A stretch of DNA of 64,000 nucleotides from Chrysomallon squamiferum (GCA_012295275.1 CM022676.1:12772001-12836000); one strand, 5' to 3'. Positions 1 to 15,218 are shown, counted from the first letter of the stretch. Notes: generated by a model from the letters alone, not told the origin. Made by a program: numbers and translations.

Positions 1-40
1 TGACTTGACTTATTACTGTAAATTTAGTAATTGTTTACAG

Positions 41-337
41 ATGCTCCTGATCTGACTTTTCCTTCTTTAAACACAACTGAAAACACGTCACTGAATATCG
101 ACTGTTCTGCTGATGGTCGTCCTGACAACATGAACTTCAAACACTTCAAACATTACTGGAATGACGTGTTTATTCAAGATGTGCCAGGAACAAAGGTAAC
201 GGGTAATCAGTACAGATTGAAGTTTAATCATGTTACGTTTGAAGAGAGTGGAATCTACGTCTGTAGTGTGGAAAATGGAATCCCAGACAGGAATGGAACT
301 TTACTACAAAATAAAACCAGCAGTGTTTATGTTGAAG
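41..337 (+). CDS. Ig-domain exon of a plus-strand paralog of the large ITIM-type Ig receptor (upstream exons outside the window)
   Basis: tttacag acceptor and G|gtatc donor, phase 1-1, 297 nt. Same length as exon 59579-59875 and about 62% identical in aa (CSADGRPDNMNF, FKHYWNDVF, SGxYxCSV). Confidence 0.85.
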
Positions 338-1221
338 GTATCAATCTATAATTTAATAACAAAACAGCAATGTTTTGTTCATTTATTTTATTTATTTATT
401 ATTATATTTTTCTGATTGAATCTGTACAGCCTGTGAATTAATCTTTTGTGTGAACATCTGTTCAGTATCATATTGCAGGTTTCATAAATTGCTAATCAAT
501 TCTAAAATGTATTGTATAATTTAGTTGTTTAGTTGTTGTTTTTTTGTTGTTTTTTTAATAATATTAAATTTTAAATAATCCTAATTGTAGAGAAAAGTAT
601 TTCACTGTATTTATGCAAGTATGGATATAACTTTTTTTATATTTCATAAAATTTCTGTCAAATAGTAATGAAAATGGGTCAGAAAAACTAATGATAGGTT
701 CATGTTTATTATTACTCAACAGTATACATTTTATGTATAAGGAAGTGTTTTAAAAAATTTGGTTTTTAATGTTAAAATATGTTATTAAATATTTTTCATG
801 TACAATGAAAATTAATAAAATCACTCTCCAAACCACAATAATTCAAATTACCTAAACTCACATATTTAAACTATACATACATCATCAAAATCAAGATGGG
901 TTTTAATCCATTATGTTCAGAGAGGGACAAATAAGGATGATATCAAGAAAGATGGCCTATAGAACAATTGTGGATGTAATGTGATTTATATGCCAAAAAT
1001 TTGGACCATCTGTGATATATTTATATGCACATTTAGTGGTGATATATTTTGTGTCAGCCATTTCTTTGAGTTCACTAATAATTATAGTAAAAATGTAAAA
1101 AGTCATTGGAAAGAAACTGTATTCAGTTACAATATATCTCCTGCATTTGAATGTAATCTATTTTTGATAAGACATTGTAATTAATAAATGATTATAAATA
1201 ATATGATAATTTTACTTTCAG

Positions 1222-1346
1222 CTGCACCTAAGATCATTAACAAAACAGACAACATTGTGGGAGCTGAGATAGGAAATTCTGTTGTATTACACAAATCTGT
1301 GTTTTGTAAACCAAGTTACAGAAATTTTACATGTATTTTTACGTAA
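1222..1346 (+). pseudogene. Truncated Ig(-FN3) exon of the plus-strand paralog
   Basis: ttttactttcag acceptor, then APKIINKTDNIVGAEIGNSVVLHKSVFCKP, homologous to exon 58036-58683 (IVGAEIGKPV...FCDP). Homology is lost at about 1332 and TAA follows at 1344-1346. Confidence 0.75.
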
Positions 1347-1917
1347 TAACATTACTAAATAAATGGATAAATAAACGTGTGTGTGTGTGTTTCTTCATGT
1401 ACATACTTTTTGTATGATAATGTATCTTTTCTGATTCTGTTTATTCTTAGATGAAACGAAAAAACACAGGCAAGTTGTTAATTTTTTCTTTTCTGTAAAT
1501 TGTAATTTATTTTATCATCAAATGAAAATAAAAGCAAATTATTTTTATCATAAGTTTTTGTAATCAGAATTAATAAACAGCTTTCCAGATTTGATAAATG
1601 CTTGCCGTTTAAACTATTCATCAGTAATAATATGATACTGAATGTTTCTAAAACATCTTTAAATTCGTCCTGAATTGAAGTTCTAAATATGTGTCAGCAA
1701 ACTGGTAACCGCTTTTTATCTTGCTAGTTGCACTAATGACCAGCTTTTACAGGACTTTCACATAGCTATCTTTGTTGTGGTCAGTAATCTATTTATTTTG
1801 AAGTTTTCTCCCAGAGCCAATAAATCAGGAACAGTAACTCATGGATAATATCATACAATGCAGCCGAAGCAGAAATCATGCACAATTTTAATATACGTTT
1901 ATGTGTCATTGAATGGA

Positions 1918-1962
<45 letters not shown>

Positions 1963-2312
1963 GATAAGGATTTAGATTTTATAATTTTGTTTTCCCTTTT
2001 TCTAAAATACATGCATTCTACAATGTATTTCGAAGCAAGACTAACAAAATTGGTGATTGTTTTGGTATTCAGTTTTATAGTTCTTAAAAAAAATGTAATC
2101 CGATATTAAGACACTGGGAGACAAGATTTCAACATTATCTAGTTTGATGTATGTAATAGTAATCACAGTTTTATTTGTAAAATATGAATGGAAGCATGTG
2201 CAGTATTTTGTAAGAATAATGACATAATTAAATACATTTCATTTGTAACAAAATAAAATGAACAAAGAAAAAGGGCTGCAATGCAAATGTTAATGCACCT
2301 AATTAAATATAT

Positions 2313-3572
2313 ATTGGGTCATTCCGTGTCAATCCTCCGAAATTTTGATTTTTAGCAAGCGTTTTTTGAGATATAACACTCTTAATTTTGGAAATGTGGA
2401 CAAAAATGGGTGTAACTGCTTAAATTCAATAAGCATATCTCTGCTGCAACCAACTGATAAACCATTCTGAAATAAGAATTTCTAGAAAGGTGATTTAACA
2501 AGAATTCCAGAAATGACGTGTTTGATATTTGATGCATGATAATCTTTTGACCATGAAATGGGCTTGCATGAAAAATGTATCATTCTAACAATATACAATT
2601 TCATTTTCATGAAATTTTATTGTTTCTCGTTTGCTTGTAAAATGAAGTTAAAGACACATTCATGAGTCTAACATAGGAAGTAGATAGATCAGAAACTGAA
2701 CTGAAAGTGAGGTTTGATCTAGCAAGGACTGTTAAAGGGACTCTTCAATTTCATCCACATCTGCAAATCTAGACAGGTCTTCAGGCTGAATGCAAATGTT
2801 GATAACAGAGAACTGGGGCCTGTATCAGAGATGCCATGGAACTGAAAATAAACCAGAAGTCCTACATCTGTTTATTTATGTTCTGGATGAACTTTCAGAT
2901 GAGGCTATATGATTAAATTAGTACATTCACATGGACCAGCATGACAGTATTATTCGCCTTTGAGAAGAGATCTGTTTGGATTCCAAAACGCGATATCCTG
3001 TGCAGTCTCGAAGTCCCATTATATATATTATCATTATCAAGGAATCACCAAAGTTTTTAGCGAGCGCCCCATTTCTAATCAACAGTTTTAAACACAATAT
3101 AAAACATTATGATGTATGGAATGACTGCCACTCGAATTAAACTTGAAAAAAGATTGGCCACATGGACTTGTACTTCCTTTTGTAATATACTATCTACTAA
3201 CTATAGACATTCCGTATTAGGCTCCGGTAAGTATTTGAGTTCATTTTATAAAATAAGAAGAAATGATATTACTCCAATATGTTTTGTTTATACTGTGTAT
3301 TTTTCATGCAAGCGCGTTCCTGCGAGCTAACGTGATCTTCAAAATCAAATCCAAGATCAAAATGAAGGTTAAAATGTCATCTGCCATATCCCTAGCCACA
3401 AAATAATGTTATTTTTAGAATCCTTGTTTAAATCATCTTTCTAGAAATACAAATTTCAGCACGACTCAGAAACTGGTTGCTCAGATGGAACATTTGAAAA
3501 TACAATGTTACATCAAAATCGGAGGGAGTAAACTTTCGACTATTGGGTGACTTGATGTGGAATGATCCAATA
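2313..3572. mobile_element. Non-autonomous DNA transposon relic with terminal and subterminal inverted repeats
   Basis: tattgggtcattcc at 2313 versus ggaatgatccaata at about 3560-3572. Inner inverted match 2471-2518 / 3408-3450. Degenerate coding-like interior. Superfamily not assigned. Confidence 0.55.
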
Positions 3573-3611
3573 CTTAAATAAGAGTACACGGAATTGGGAT
3601 AATCTGGACAG

Positions 3612-3683
3612 AAGTCAAAATTGTTTGTTTATCCAAAGCGGAGCCCAGAAACGGTTGTTTGGATAAACAAACAATTTTAACTT
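3612..3683. repeat. Hairpin: 26-bp inverted repeat (25/26 match) with 20-nt loop, probably a MITE fragment
   Basis: aagtcaaaattgtttgtttatccaaa ... tttggataaacaaacaattttaactt. Confidence 0.8.
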
Positions 3684-3686
3684 ATG

Positions 3687-3724
<38 letters not shown>

Positions 3725-4194
3725 TATGGTTTACACTGCACGGTTGTTTTGTGACAAAAAGGCAGATTATTGTCTTAATATTAACTGTGGTATATGTACA
3801 TATGCGAGTTCACAGTTAAACGTTTTGTTGGTTTCATTATATTTTGGTTGTTTTTTAATTTAAAATGTAAATTAGAACTAACACTGATTAACGGCAATCG
3901 GTAAAATGTGATACACCTTCAACTCAGTAGCATTATAATCAGATTGCACACATTCATTTGTACTGGGTAATACAGCACTCTCACTAACAAATCTGTAATT
4001 TAAAAATCTATAAATGTACAAACGCTTAAACTAATATGGGTTTTTCATCTATTTCGAGTTTGCAGAAAATGAATTCTGTGCACTCTGTGAAAACCGGCAT
4101 CATATATATATATATATATATGATATTCATTATGATATTCAAATATGTTGAACTTGAAATTAAATCACAAGCTAACCGCTTTTTCACGTTTTAG

Positions 4195-4469
4195 TTCTCG
4201 AATCAGCTCCTGAATGGTGTTACTGCACAAATGTGTTAGAAACTTCAGTAGATCTCAAGTGGAAGTACGCCAAAAACAAGTTCACTAGATTTACTGTTGA
4301 ACAACTCTTGTCTACTGAACCCCAGTCTATCAGTCTACAAGTGTCAGACAATAAGATACACGACAAGACTTTTTCTTTACACATTTCTCATCTCAAGTCC
4401 AACCAGCAACCAGAATGCTGCTGAATGAGGAAAGCTGTTTAGTCAGAATCTGTTTTTTGTGCCACAGTG
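4195..4469 (+). pseudogene. Degenerate fibronectin type III-like exon
   Basis: ttttag acceptor, phase 1. Reads ESAPEWCYCTNVLETSVDLKW...FTV...LHISHLKSNQQ, an FN3 pattern. Stop at 4422-4424 where the F strand should be; residual SESVFCAT and G|gtatac follow. Confidence 0.5.
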
Positions 4470-4764
4470 GTATACAGATTTAGTAAAGTAATCAAACTTT
4501 TTTAATACTTAATTTTCTGTACAGCCACAAATATGAAAAACATGTCTGATATATCATAAAGCATTACTCACAGGTAAATATCAGTGTTTTAGATTTAGAA
4601 TTAGCAAATCTGTGGATGATACTGAAAATGTAAATTTCACATAAAAGTTTAAGTTCACTGCTCTTTGAACAAAACTGTTCAGTCTGGTATGACCCACTTA
4701 TCTGCTGTGCTCTTATTTTGATGTAATATATCAGTTATTCTAAAATAATGATTTCTTCTTGCAG

Positions 4765-4811
4765 ATATGACTATATAAGTCTGAGGCCAGTTGTCACACA
4801 AACTAGATCTG
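4765..4811 (+). CDS. Candidate 47-nt cytoplasmic micro-exon (YDYISLRPVVTQTRS)
   Basis: tttcttcttgcag acceptor, G|gtaaaa donor, YxxL motif. Parent gene unclear. Confidence 0.3.
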
Positions 4812-4824
4812 GTAAAACTTATAT

Positions 4825-5910
<1,086 letters not shown>

Positions 5911-7127
5911 TGCTTTTAAAATAACAAACCCAATATGCAGAAAGGAAAAAAATGTGAATACTTTAAGAATGTTTTATATACAAATCATTAAAAAAGAAAA
6001 CAATAAAAGCGTTATTGTCAGTGTTGAAATTCGAAACATTCAGTATATGCATAATTAAGACGTTTACATGGAGCATGGATATTAAAGCATTTCACACATA
6101 GTTTCTATAATGTTATGAAATGTACTCGCGCCCAGAATTAATCTCGAACAATAATGGATTTTTTGGTTTGTCACAGATAGTTTTACAAAAAACAAAATTG
6201 TATAACAACAACAAAAACACAAAATACAAAATTAAATTTTTTATCTTTATTTGACCATAAACTCTGGTTGATAACCGTCTCCAATTTTTTTAGCAGAAAC
6301 AATAATAATAAATATATAGATACCTAACCAAATAAATAATAACCTTTGAAATTCATATATTGCATCATTTATTATTTTAAAGATTAGTCTCATAATACAG
6401 ATGAGTTTATTTTAGCCGTTTTAACGCGAATAGTGAAAACCTGGCAGCTTAGTAAGGCACGCCATGCTGTACGAGTGCGTGAAAGAACATAAAATACAAG
6501 TTAGGCACACGTCAAAATTCAGAGTGTTTTAATGACATCTCCAAACGAAAATTTAACTTTGAACAGACTAAATTCAAACAGAGAAAAATTTCAATTAAAA
6601 TAAATAAAGTAGAAATAACACCACAATTGAAATTTGAAACTGTTTAAATATGGAACCAAAAAAAAATACATTAAAGCACTTCAAACTTAACAATGATATT
6701 CAATAATTTTATAAATATTTAAACACTTTAATAACTGTAAGAATACTAACAACCAACGCCAACACTTTTCTTACAAAAATGTCTTCTTTTCTGAAATGCT
6801 TTCAAATGTACTGAAAATATACCAGCATTCTAACTGATGACTTACTTCTGATTTGTAATTCTAACAAGTATTTGGCACATGTATACTAATACACTGTTTA
6901 CTTACAACTGATAAAAAGAAACACAGTTTTAAATTCTATCCAATTATTCTAAAAGTAACTGTCAAAATGTTATAAGACAAGTCTTTCACACTTATAAATT
7001 AAATTCTAGAAATATACATATATAATATATTTCATTTAGAAAAACTTAAAAACAAAAGAATTATATTAATATATATATATAAATATACAAAGTAAGTTAT
7101 AATAGTAATAATAGTAATAATAATAAT

Positions 7128-7158
<31 letters not shown>

Positions 7159-7738
7159 TAATAATAATAATAATAATATTGATGATAAAACCCAAGGAAA
7201 CAAACAAGAATATAATTTAGATTGTTGTCAATATTTTATGCATCTCATATCTCCGTGTTTATCTATCTCTGAGGAGTCTGTAGATCTACAGCAAACCAGT
7301 GATGACTAAAGTGTTGATAAACCTGAAGAAAGATAAAATAAAGATAAAATGATAAACAAATAATTATTAGACACACGGAAATAGATAAGCACAGTCACAG
7401 ACATAAAAAAAGACAACATATGTAAAAAGACATCATTACATACAGTGATACAGGCACATCTTTACATGTACATATAGATAATACATATATACATACATAC
7501 ACAAGTACTTGAAGACAGTCCGACAGAAAAGTAGATATACAGAATCACAGAAACAAACAGACTGAGCGATACTAGACATAGGTACAGATGATACATGCAG
7601 ATATACTGAGAGGAAAGCTGATAAAATTAATAATACAATAAAATAACAAATAAAAAGAAAATAGTTCCAAGATTACTTACATGATTATTACATAAATCAT
7701 TGGAGAAAATCTGGAATCACTTCCGTTTATTTTATCTA

Positions 7739-7769
<31 letters not shown>

Positions 7770-9886
7770 CCTTTAATTACTACCAAATATCTAGCAGCAC
7801 ACATATACTCATATCTTTCAAGCACGTCTATCTCCAGAAGTGAAAGTCTTCTCCCATTCAAGCACTTATATTCGTTCTTAATGACCTTCAAAAATTCAAA
7901 TGCTGACAACAGTAAAAACCTGTTTCTCAAAGATTTTTTTCGGTCCTAGACTATTGATTTAATTGAAATTAGCCTCCGAAAACTCAAAGCAGAGAATAGT
8001 AAGTTGTTCATTAAACGGAATAAAATTAACTTGCTATAGGTCATCTCTCTATGTAAGGCGAAGGGCTTCTTTACACCACAAATTCCCCCAAAAGCATTTC
8101 CTTCTTTAAATGAGCTGTTCTGTGCAGTCACTGGTTTATAACCGCCAGCAGCCAATGTTTTTCACTGAAAATAATCAACTGAACCTACTATAATGGTCAC
8201 CGTTTTCACATATTTTAATAGCTTTCCAATGGGGCTAAAAGCAGCCAGAGCCTAATGCTTGCAAAATATTTAACAGGGTTTTCACTGTTGAGTGCTATGT
8301 GGAGTGTTTAAAACATCCTGTTTTACAAGAGCAGGTTATGAATTCACAGAAAAACTCATGATCAAACAAACAACAACACTCCGTTTATGAGCAAATCTTT
8401 ATCTTTTTCTCCATGCAATTCATAAAGTTTTTGTCTGCTTGTAAGCCAAATTAATAGAGGCTATAAAACACTGATTCTGCACTGACTGGCTGAACTCTAA
8501 CTGTCTACCACTAACCAGTTAAAGTGAACGCATATAGCATTGGCTGGGACTTTTACTGAGACTAGGATGTCAGCAATGACCACAATGTTGGTATCATCCA
8601 TGTCAGTGGTATCCATCAATTTGCCTGAGTCAAACACGTTCCTTATGGCTGTCTTAAGTCTGTGTTTACTCAGATTCCACAAACTTGCATAATTTACGTT
8701 AATTTAATAATGAAATGTGTTGATCAGATGAGATCATATTATATTGTGAAAAGAATCATTTTCAAGCATTCTTGACCAGTTTTTAATTAGTGGTTTTGCA
8801 TATAAAGATTTCAGATGGTTTTATTAAGAACAGTGGAAGGGGAACTGAGGTTACATGAATGATTAGCACAAGGTTAGGGCTAACAATGTGATTATGTCGT
8901 TTACTGCGTGATGGTGTTGTTTCTATTGTTGTCGATTCTAATATAAACATATTAATATGAATAAAACAAATAATGTGTATGAATTAAGCTTCAGTATGGT
9001 AAAAACAAGTGAAGTGGAGAACATACATTTTAAGAAAGAAAAAGAAAAATATCCAATATCCAATTATTACTATAATATCAAAGAACAAGGTAATGCAAAA
9101 AGTGTAATCTGATTACTAAAACTAGACAAGTAACAGTAATATCTAATTTACAAACTATAATTTCAGATAATAAATCAGAACTATTATCAGATCAAATGTA
9201 AATATTCTGTTCCGTCTCATTAAAACATCCATACAGGACATTCCACAACAAAACACACTGACAGCACAGGTCAACAATTGGTAATTTCTGGGTTCAAACC
9301 ATACATACTCAGTATTGGTGAAACTTTACATATATAAAAAAAACAGGTATATAATAGTAATAGTGATGCTCTATGATCTAGTGAAGAAGAAAAGAAAGAA
9401 TGAAAGAAAAAATAAATTTGTTTCAAAGCTTTTCACAATTTTATTTAATATATTTTGATCTGTCATGGAAGTTCTTACTGCAAACATTATAATCAAAACT
9501 GTTAAAAATTATTTATAAAAGGTTTTACAGTATAATAAAACAGCAGATTTGCATTTATCTCACTCTGTGTCAGTGTGTGTGTATGTGTGTGTGTGTGTGT
9601 GAAAGACAGGCATTAAGCTGTACCTTTATCTATGTTAATAAGCATATTACTGAGTGTGGAACTAAAACAGTAAACATAGTATAAACTTCTTTTAAAAGCT
9701 TTTTTTTATATCAGAATTAGAAGATAGAAATAAAGCTATTCCTTGATTAGTTAAGCAGAATCGACAAACAATCACTGGCATCTAGAAATTATCTGAATAA
9801 TGAAGAATGTAGCTAAGTGTACTGAGCTGAAGCAAATAAAAAGTTTGGAATAAAAAACAAATTAAATTTGAAACTGCTTAATTTGT

Positions 9887-10509
9887 TTATAATTTGATTT
9901 TCACATCAATATTAATAATGTGTTTTGTTTTCTGATGATCAACATTATTGTAATTCTGTCTGGTAGGATGTTGGCTCTCTGCTGTTTTGTTGCTCACATC
10001 AGTTTTATTCAGTGAATCAGTGACTGACTGTTGACACACTTCAGATTTTGTGAGTTCTTTACAGACATCTTTACTGACTGGTTGATTTGACGGTTTTACA
10101 TTTGTCTGATTATATGAGTAATCTTCAGAACTTTCATGGTTACCTGACATATTGTACGAAGATTCATTAGCAATCCTATCTTTGACAGACTGTGAAGTTT
10201 CTACATCTTCAGTGTCATGTTTTTTGTCAATGTTCTCTTGAATGTTACAATTTTCTTCTGCTTTGATATCAACAGAAACCTCAGTTTGAGACTTTTCAGT
10301 GTTCATGTTACTGCTCAGTTCAATATTTGTAGTTTTATCATTTTTCTTTGTGTTTTGGTTTCTTAGTGATATCAGACAGCATGTTATGATTATACAAAGA
10401 CCTGTGACACTGATCACTGTAATGAGGATAATACAAACTAAGTTACAGCCAGAACCTGATCCCAGGTTTGGAGTTGTTGTAGGAACATTTGTTGAATTTC
10501 TTTCTTCTG
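9887..10509 (-). CDS. V-C2-TM receptor gene 1, last exon: S/T stalk, Cys-rich TM helix, cytoplasmic tail
   Basis: ttttttag|CAG acceptor, phase 1. AEERNSTNVPTTT...CNLVCIILITVISVTGLCIIITCCLISL-RNQNTKK..., ending IINIDVKIKL*. Four coding exons sum to 1290 nt = 429 aa. Confidence 0.85.
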
Positions 10510-12180
10510 CTAAAAAAGGAAATATGCCATTCACTGGTCCATCCATTACTTAAAGTATCCTACAGTTTTAATTTGTTTAATTATATTTTTTATGATTATA
10601 AATGTTTTAAAGTGTTAGTTGGAAGCTTTAAAATAGGAAAATATAACTGATAGCATTAAAAATGAATAATACATAGGAATCTGGATTATTGTCATATTAT
10701 ACATTCTAAAATTTGATAAAACATTTCAAAATTATTCATATTGATGAGTAATGTAAGCAGAATATACATAACAGTATTAATGAAAACATTTTAAAAGAAG
10801 TGTAATATACAGATTTAAAAGTAACTAAATTATATTTAATGTTTAATTAGCACATACACACACACACACGCAAATTCTCCATTAAATGACTGTTGTAAAT
10901 AGGAGCATTAGGAATGAAAACAAGAAATCAGTCATTGAAAAAACATTTTAATCAAACTGAATATGTCAAGAATATCTTTTCTGTTGTTCATGTTTCTTTC
11001 TTTCATTATTAAAAATTAATTTGTTCAGTTTATATTACAAATCATTTCTTTAACCTCAGTTACTATTTTGTCAGTTTGGATTCCTCATTTGCACAAAAGA
11101 CTATACTGTATATCTTAATTTCTTTATTTCATAACTTTATTATCATTATCATTATTATTATTATTAATTTGTGGACAAGCAGACTTTAAGAAATTATTTT
11201 ATCTCAACAAAACATTTCTTTTGTTTCAGTTTCAGTATTTTTCTAGATGGCTGAACATTTGTGCCTTTAAATGGTTTGAACTTCCTTCTCATGCTGAATT
11301 TTACCTTCACTCAAAATTAGTAACCTATTTTTGAGGTTCATTTGGATATTATTGATGTTGAATTGATAAGCAGATATAAAACACAGCTTTTTAACAATTA
11401 ATTGTTATAGGATGATTCTATGGATCATCTAGCACAAACAATATTCATCAAATCTCCAATATTTTAAGATTAAGAATTAACAGACTTGAATTTCTGTAAT
11501 AATGTTGATATAAGACAGAAACAGAATGTAACTATTAAACTGTCACTCATTCTTATCAGAGAAAAAGGTTTTTAACAAACAGTTTTGATAAAAATAACAT
11601 AAAGCTCTGGTTTCAGTGGAAATCTTAGGAGATTGATCTTGCTATTTATCATTCAACATCTTTCATTTCACTATACCTTATCATTTTATGAAAATACCAG
11701 TTTTAGCGATACCAACTTTTGTTACTCAGTTAAAGAAGCCACCATGACTAAAGTTTATTTGCCAATAATTTATGTGTTGTAATAAGAAAACAATGTGTTT
11801 ATTTACTAATTAAATAAGTACAACACATAACTAATTAAATGATTAATCTTTGGAAATCAGACAAAACTAATTAACAGAAAAGAAGGCCTACACTTAGTTT
11901 ATGGGATTAAAAATGTACATATATATAATGTGTGTGTGAGCTAGAAACATGTTAATGTTTTGTGTTGAAGTTTGAGCCAGGCATACAAACAAGTTCAGAA
12001 AAAGAAATGATCAGGACCCACTTCCTACACTGAGACAATGTGACAACTGAGAGATCAGGATGTAGAGGGTTACTCAGTGCGCAAGTGTGTGTCTTCATGC
12101 ATGTGTGTATCCACAACAAATTGATATTAATAATAATCGCTTGTAATATATCAGCATGTATAAATGTGAATGAAACATAC

Positions 12181-12480
12181 CTTGGATACCAAGAGCGATG
12201 TTAGATGACACATGGTATTCACCATTAATAGCTGAACAAACCAAACTTTTCCCATTACCTTCTGTATTAAATGTTTTCTTTAAATGGCTTGTTGCTACAA
12301 CTCCAGAGCCACTAATTATCTCATGGGAGCTGGTAATGCCTTCTGTTATCTTTGTACCATCTAAAGTCCATGTGATTACAGCTTCTGGATAACAAGGGTT
12401 AGTTGAACAGGTCAGCTGTGTAAGAATTCCTGGCTTTCTGGGGGTTGATCCATTTGTTATAGAAACTTTCTCCAAAGGAA
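12181..12480 (-). CDS. V-C2-TM receptor gene 1, C2-like (CD80/nephrin-type) Ig exon
   Basis: 300 nt, phase 1-1, aag acceptor and G|gtatgt donor. LTCSTNPCYPEAVITW...NGKSLVCSA. Confidence 0.9.
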
Positions 12481-13604
12481 CTTGAAAATGAAAAATAAAA
12501 CAATAAATATTGAAATCTTGTAAAGTAATAAGTATTAATTTTTACCATTTACTCCTAAACAGAAGAAAGCACATACCTTAATTAAAAAAAATTAAAAACA
12601 TCTTAATATTTTTTTTTTTTTAATTTATTATTAATATGAAACACATTGTTAAGATTAATATTAGTAATAGGGATGTAGGACAAAAGACCAATTGCTGAAT
12701 TCGCACCTAGATAAAAATGTTACTTTCAGTTTGTCAGTTTCATTTACTTTGTGAAAATCTTTTACCAGATGCATAATTATGTTGGTGTCCCAGTACCACA
12801 GACAAACAACATTTTAAATATACATTGTGGCTCAAGATTTATACAAAACAGAAGATAATTTTTTTTAAATGCACTTTTCTTGAAGGGCTGGTGAAAGAAT
12901 AATGTGGATGTAATAAAATATTGGTCAAATTTGCTTATCCCTGAAAAAAAAAAAAACCCCTTTTCCATGACAGCACTGAAAAAACATGATTATTAGCTTT
13001 AAATGAATGTTCTGCAGATCATTACATCATTAGTAACAGCAAGAAATCAAGAAATGTGCAGTTTAAAGTTCTGATGAAAACATAACTGTATATGTTTATT
13101 CTGCATGTTCATTCTGTAAAAAAATGCATTTAATCATTAATCCAAAGATGTCCACAAAAACATGAGTGCAGTCAGCATTTTGGAAATCTTGTGTATCTGT
13201 TTTAAGTACATGTATTATTGCTAAACATTAGGTATTCAGGTTTAAAAAAAATTGTGAAATTTTGTTTACTATTTATGATATATTACTAAAATTTTGGAAT
13301 TCAAGACTGGCGAATTTTCACATTTCAAAATCATTCCTTCACAATAAAATGGGATGTGTCAGACTTCATTCTTTTCTTTTTTTAAAGACATTTTACTATT
13401 GGTAGTAAGGAGATCAATCTACTTTGATTTCATTTTTGCCAAAGATGACTGGAGACTAGATACTGCTAAATGTCAACATTTAAACCTCATTTGGTTTTAA
13501 ATGTCCTTCAATGTCTCTGATCCACATCACAACATACAAAATGGAATTTGAGTACATAAATCAGATTCAGTATCTATATATAACAATAAATAAAAGATTT
13601 TTAC

Positions 13605-13913
13605 CATGGACTTCACAATATTCAGTATTACTTGGAGTTCCTCCAAATGCTGGACCACATCTCCAGGCAGTTCCATTACAACCGAAGTTGACGTTGTTTA
13701 CAGTCAAATTGAAAACAGTTCCCACAGAACATGAATACTGGTAATCAGATGGAGGAGTTCCTGTGCAGCTGGTTCCTGATCCTTGGCTCACAGGGAAATC
13801 TAAGTCTGGTGTCTTCCACTGTACTGATTTAACAACTGTTCCAGCGTTACACGTAAAAGTGATTGATGATCCAGAAAAAACATATTTTTCAGATTTTGTA
13901 ATGGTGTACTTAC
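13605..13913 (-). CDS. V-C2-TM receptor gene 1, N-terminal V-like Ig exon
   Basis: 309 nt, phase 1-1. GSSITFTC...VQW...C...YSC...FNLTVNNV...NGTAWRC. Six Cys. Confidence 0.85.
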
Positions 13914-14189
13914 CTAAAAAGAAATAAAAAAATGAAAAATAAAAAAAATGTATGTATATAATTATATTTTATGAATAATTATTGTCAACTCAAATTTGTC
14001 CCTGCTTCAGACTTAAACAGAGATAATGCAAACTATAGTTACCAATATAGTTGTCTAATAATGGCAGCCAACTCCACAGTCCCAAGTGTTCCCCCAGTGT
14101 TTCATCCTCTCTGATTCTTTTCAAAATCCACTGGTCTAGACTTAAATATGTTGCAGACTTATATGAAGTCAGCAGAGTGTAGCCAACCA

Positions 14190-15218
14190 TGACGGTAAAC
14201 CGTATTTTTTTTATCTTACATAATTGGGCCCTTAGCCATATCCTAATATGGCCTCATTCAAGCTGTGTGGAAAGTCTTTTCAGCGATATTTAGATATATT
14301 GTTTTCTGTGTTTCTTTAACATAGTAAATTGGTCATAACTTATTTATTATACCATGAATCGCAAATAAGGTTGTACCTACTTGTAGAATTCGCTGGTAGC
14401 TATTTTCTTACTTATTATATTTTGTATTGTTGTACTTTTAAGGTACAGGTTTTCAAAATGTTGGTAAATATTTAATATTTACCTAAATGGCTTACTTTAA
14501 TATAATTTAACATCTCGTAATCAGCCTATGCAAGAAATGTTTATCCTGTTTCTGTATGCTCTGTTTGATTTGTTTATCAATTTGATGTAACCTGTATATG
14601 CTCCATAGAGAGTTTGAGTTTGGTCCACCAAAGGTGCAAACCCTAGACATGAAATCAGCCATATTTTAATAGGTTCGTTAGCACTTGAAAGCTAACACCT
14701 CTTTTGTGCTGGGCCCTGTGACATGGATAAAAATTCCTTTTGTTTCTTGCTAATGACTGTTAATTGCTATGTGATTTCAGTAATAGGATTACTACTAAAT
14801 AATGGTACATATTTAGATAATATATATATACTGTTAGAAATATTTGCAGAAATGAATTGGTAACATATTTACTTACTTTAAAGATACATACAGGTTAATT
14901 ACGAGATGTTAGACTGTATAAATGTAAGCCATATAGGTAAATAATCAATGTTACCAACATTTTCAAAAACTGTACCTTAATAGTACAACAATATAAAATA
15001 TTATAAGTGAAAAAAAAGCTACCAGCGAATTCTACCAGTAGGTATTACCTAAATTGCAGTTTAATAAGGAAGTTAGATCCAATTTTCTAACCTAAACATA
15101 TACAGAAAATAGTACATCTAAATATCACTGTTAAACTTTCTACAGCTTAATTGAGGCCCTATTAGGGTATGATTAACTTAAGGGTCCTACTGTGTGAGAT
15201 AAAAGTGGTTTACCATCA
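14190..15218. mobile_element. Foldback-type non-autonomous element with about 350-bp imperfect inverted arms, TG..CA ends and a 6-bp target-site duplication
   Basis: TGACGGTAAAC...GTTTACCATCA flanked by CAACCA (14184-14189 and 15219-15224). Arms 14190-14540 and 14890-15218 are reverse complements. Confidence 0.8.

Noticed and set aside
7736-8682. Short ORFs conserved across the duplicated flanks (also 27492, 28623, 43237)
   Set aside because: Conservation is explained by recent duplication. No domain pattern or consistent splice sites.
10510-10546. Met start MDGPVNGIFPFL of ORF 9887-10546
   Set aside because: It lies in the intron upstream of the ttttttag acceptor and is frameshifted in the paralog. 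The true start is the leader exon.
10299-12392. Plus-strand ORFs opposite the Ig/TM exons (also 31199, 54894, 60628)
   Set aside because: Antisense shadows of real coding sequence.
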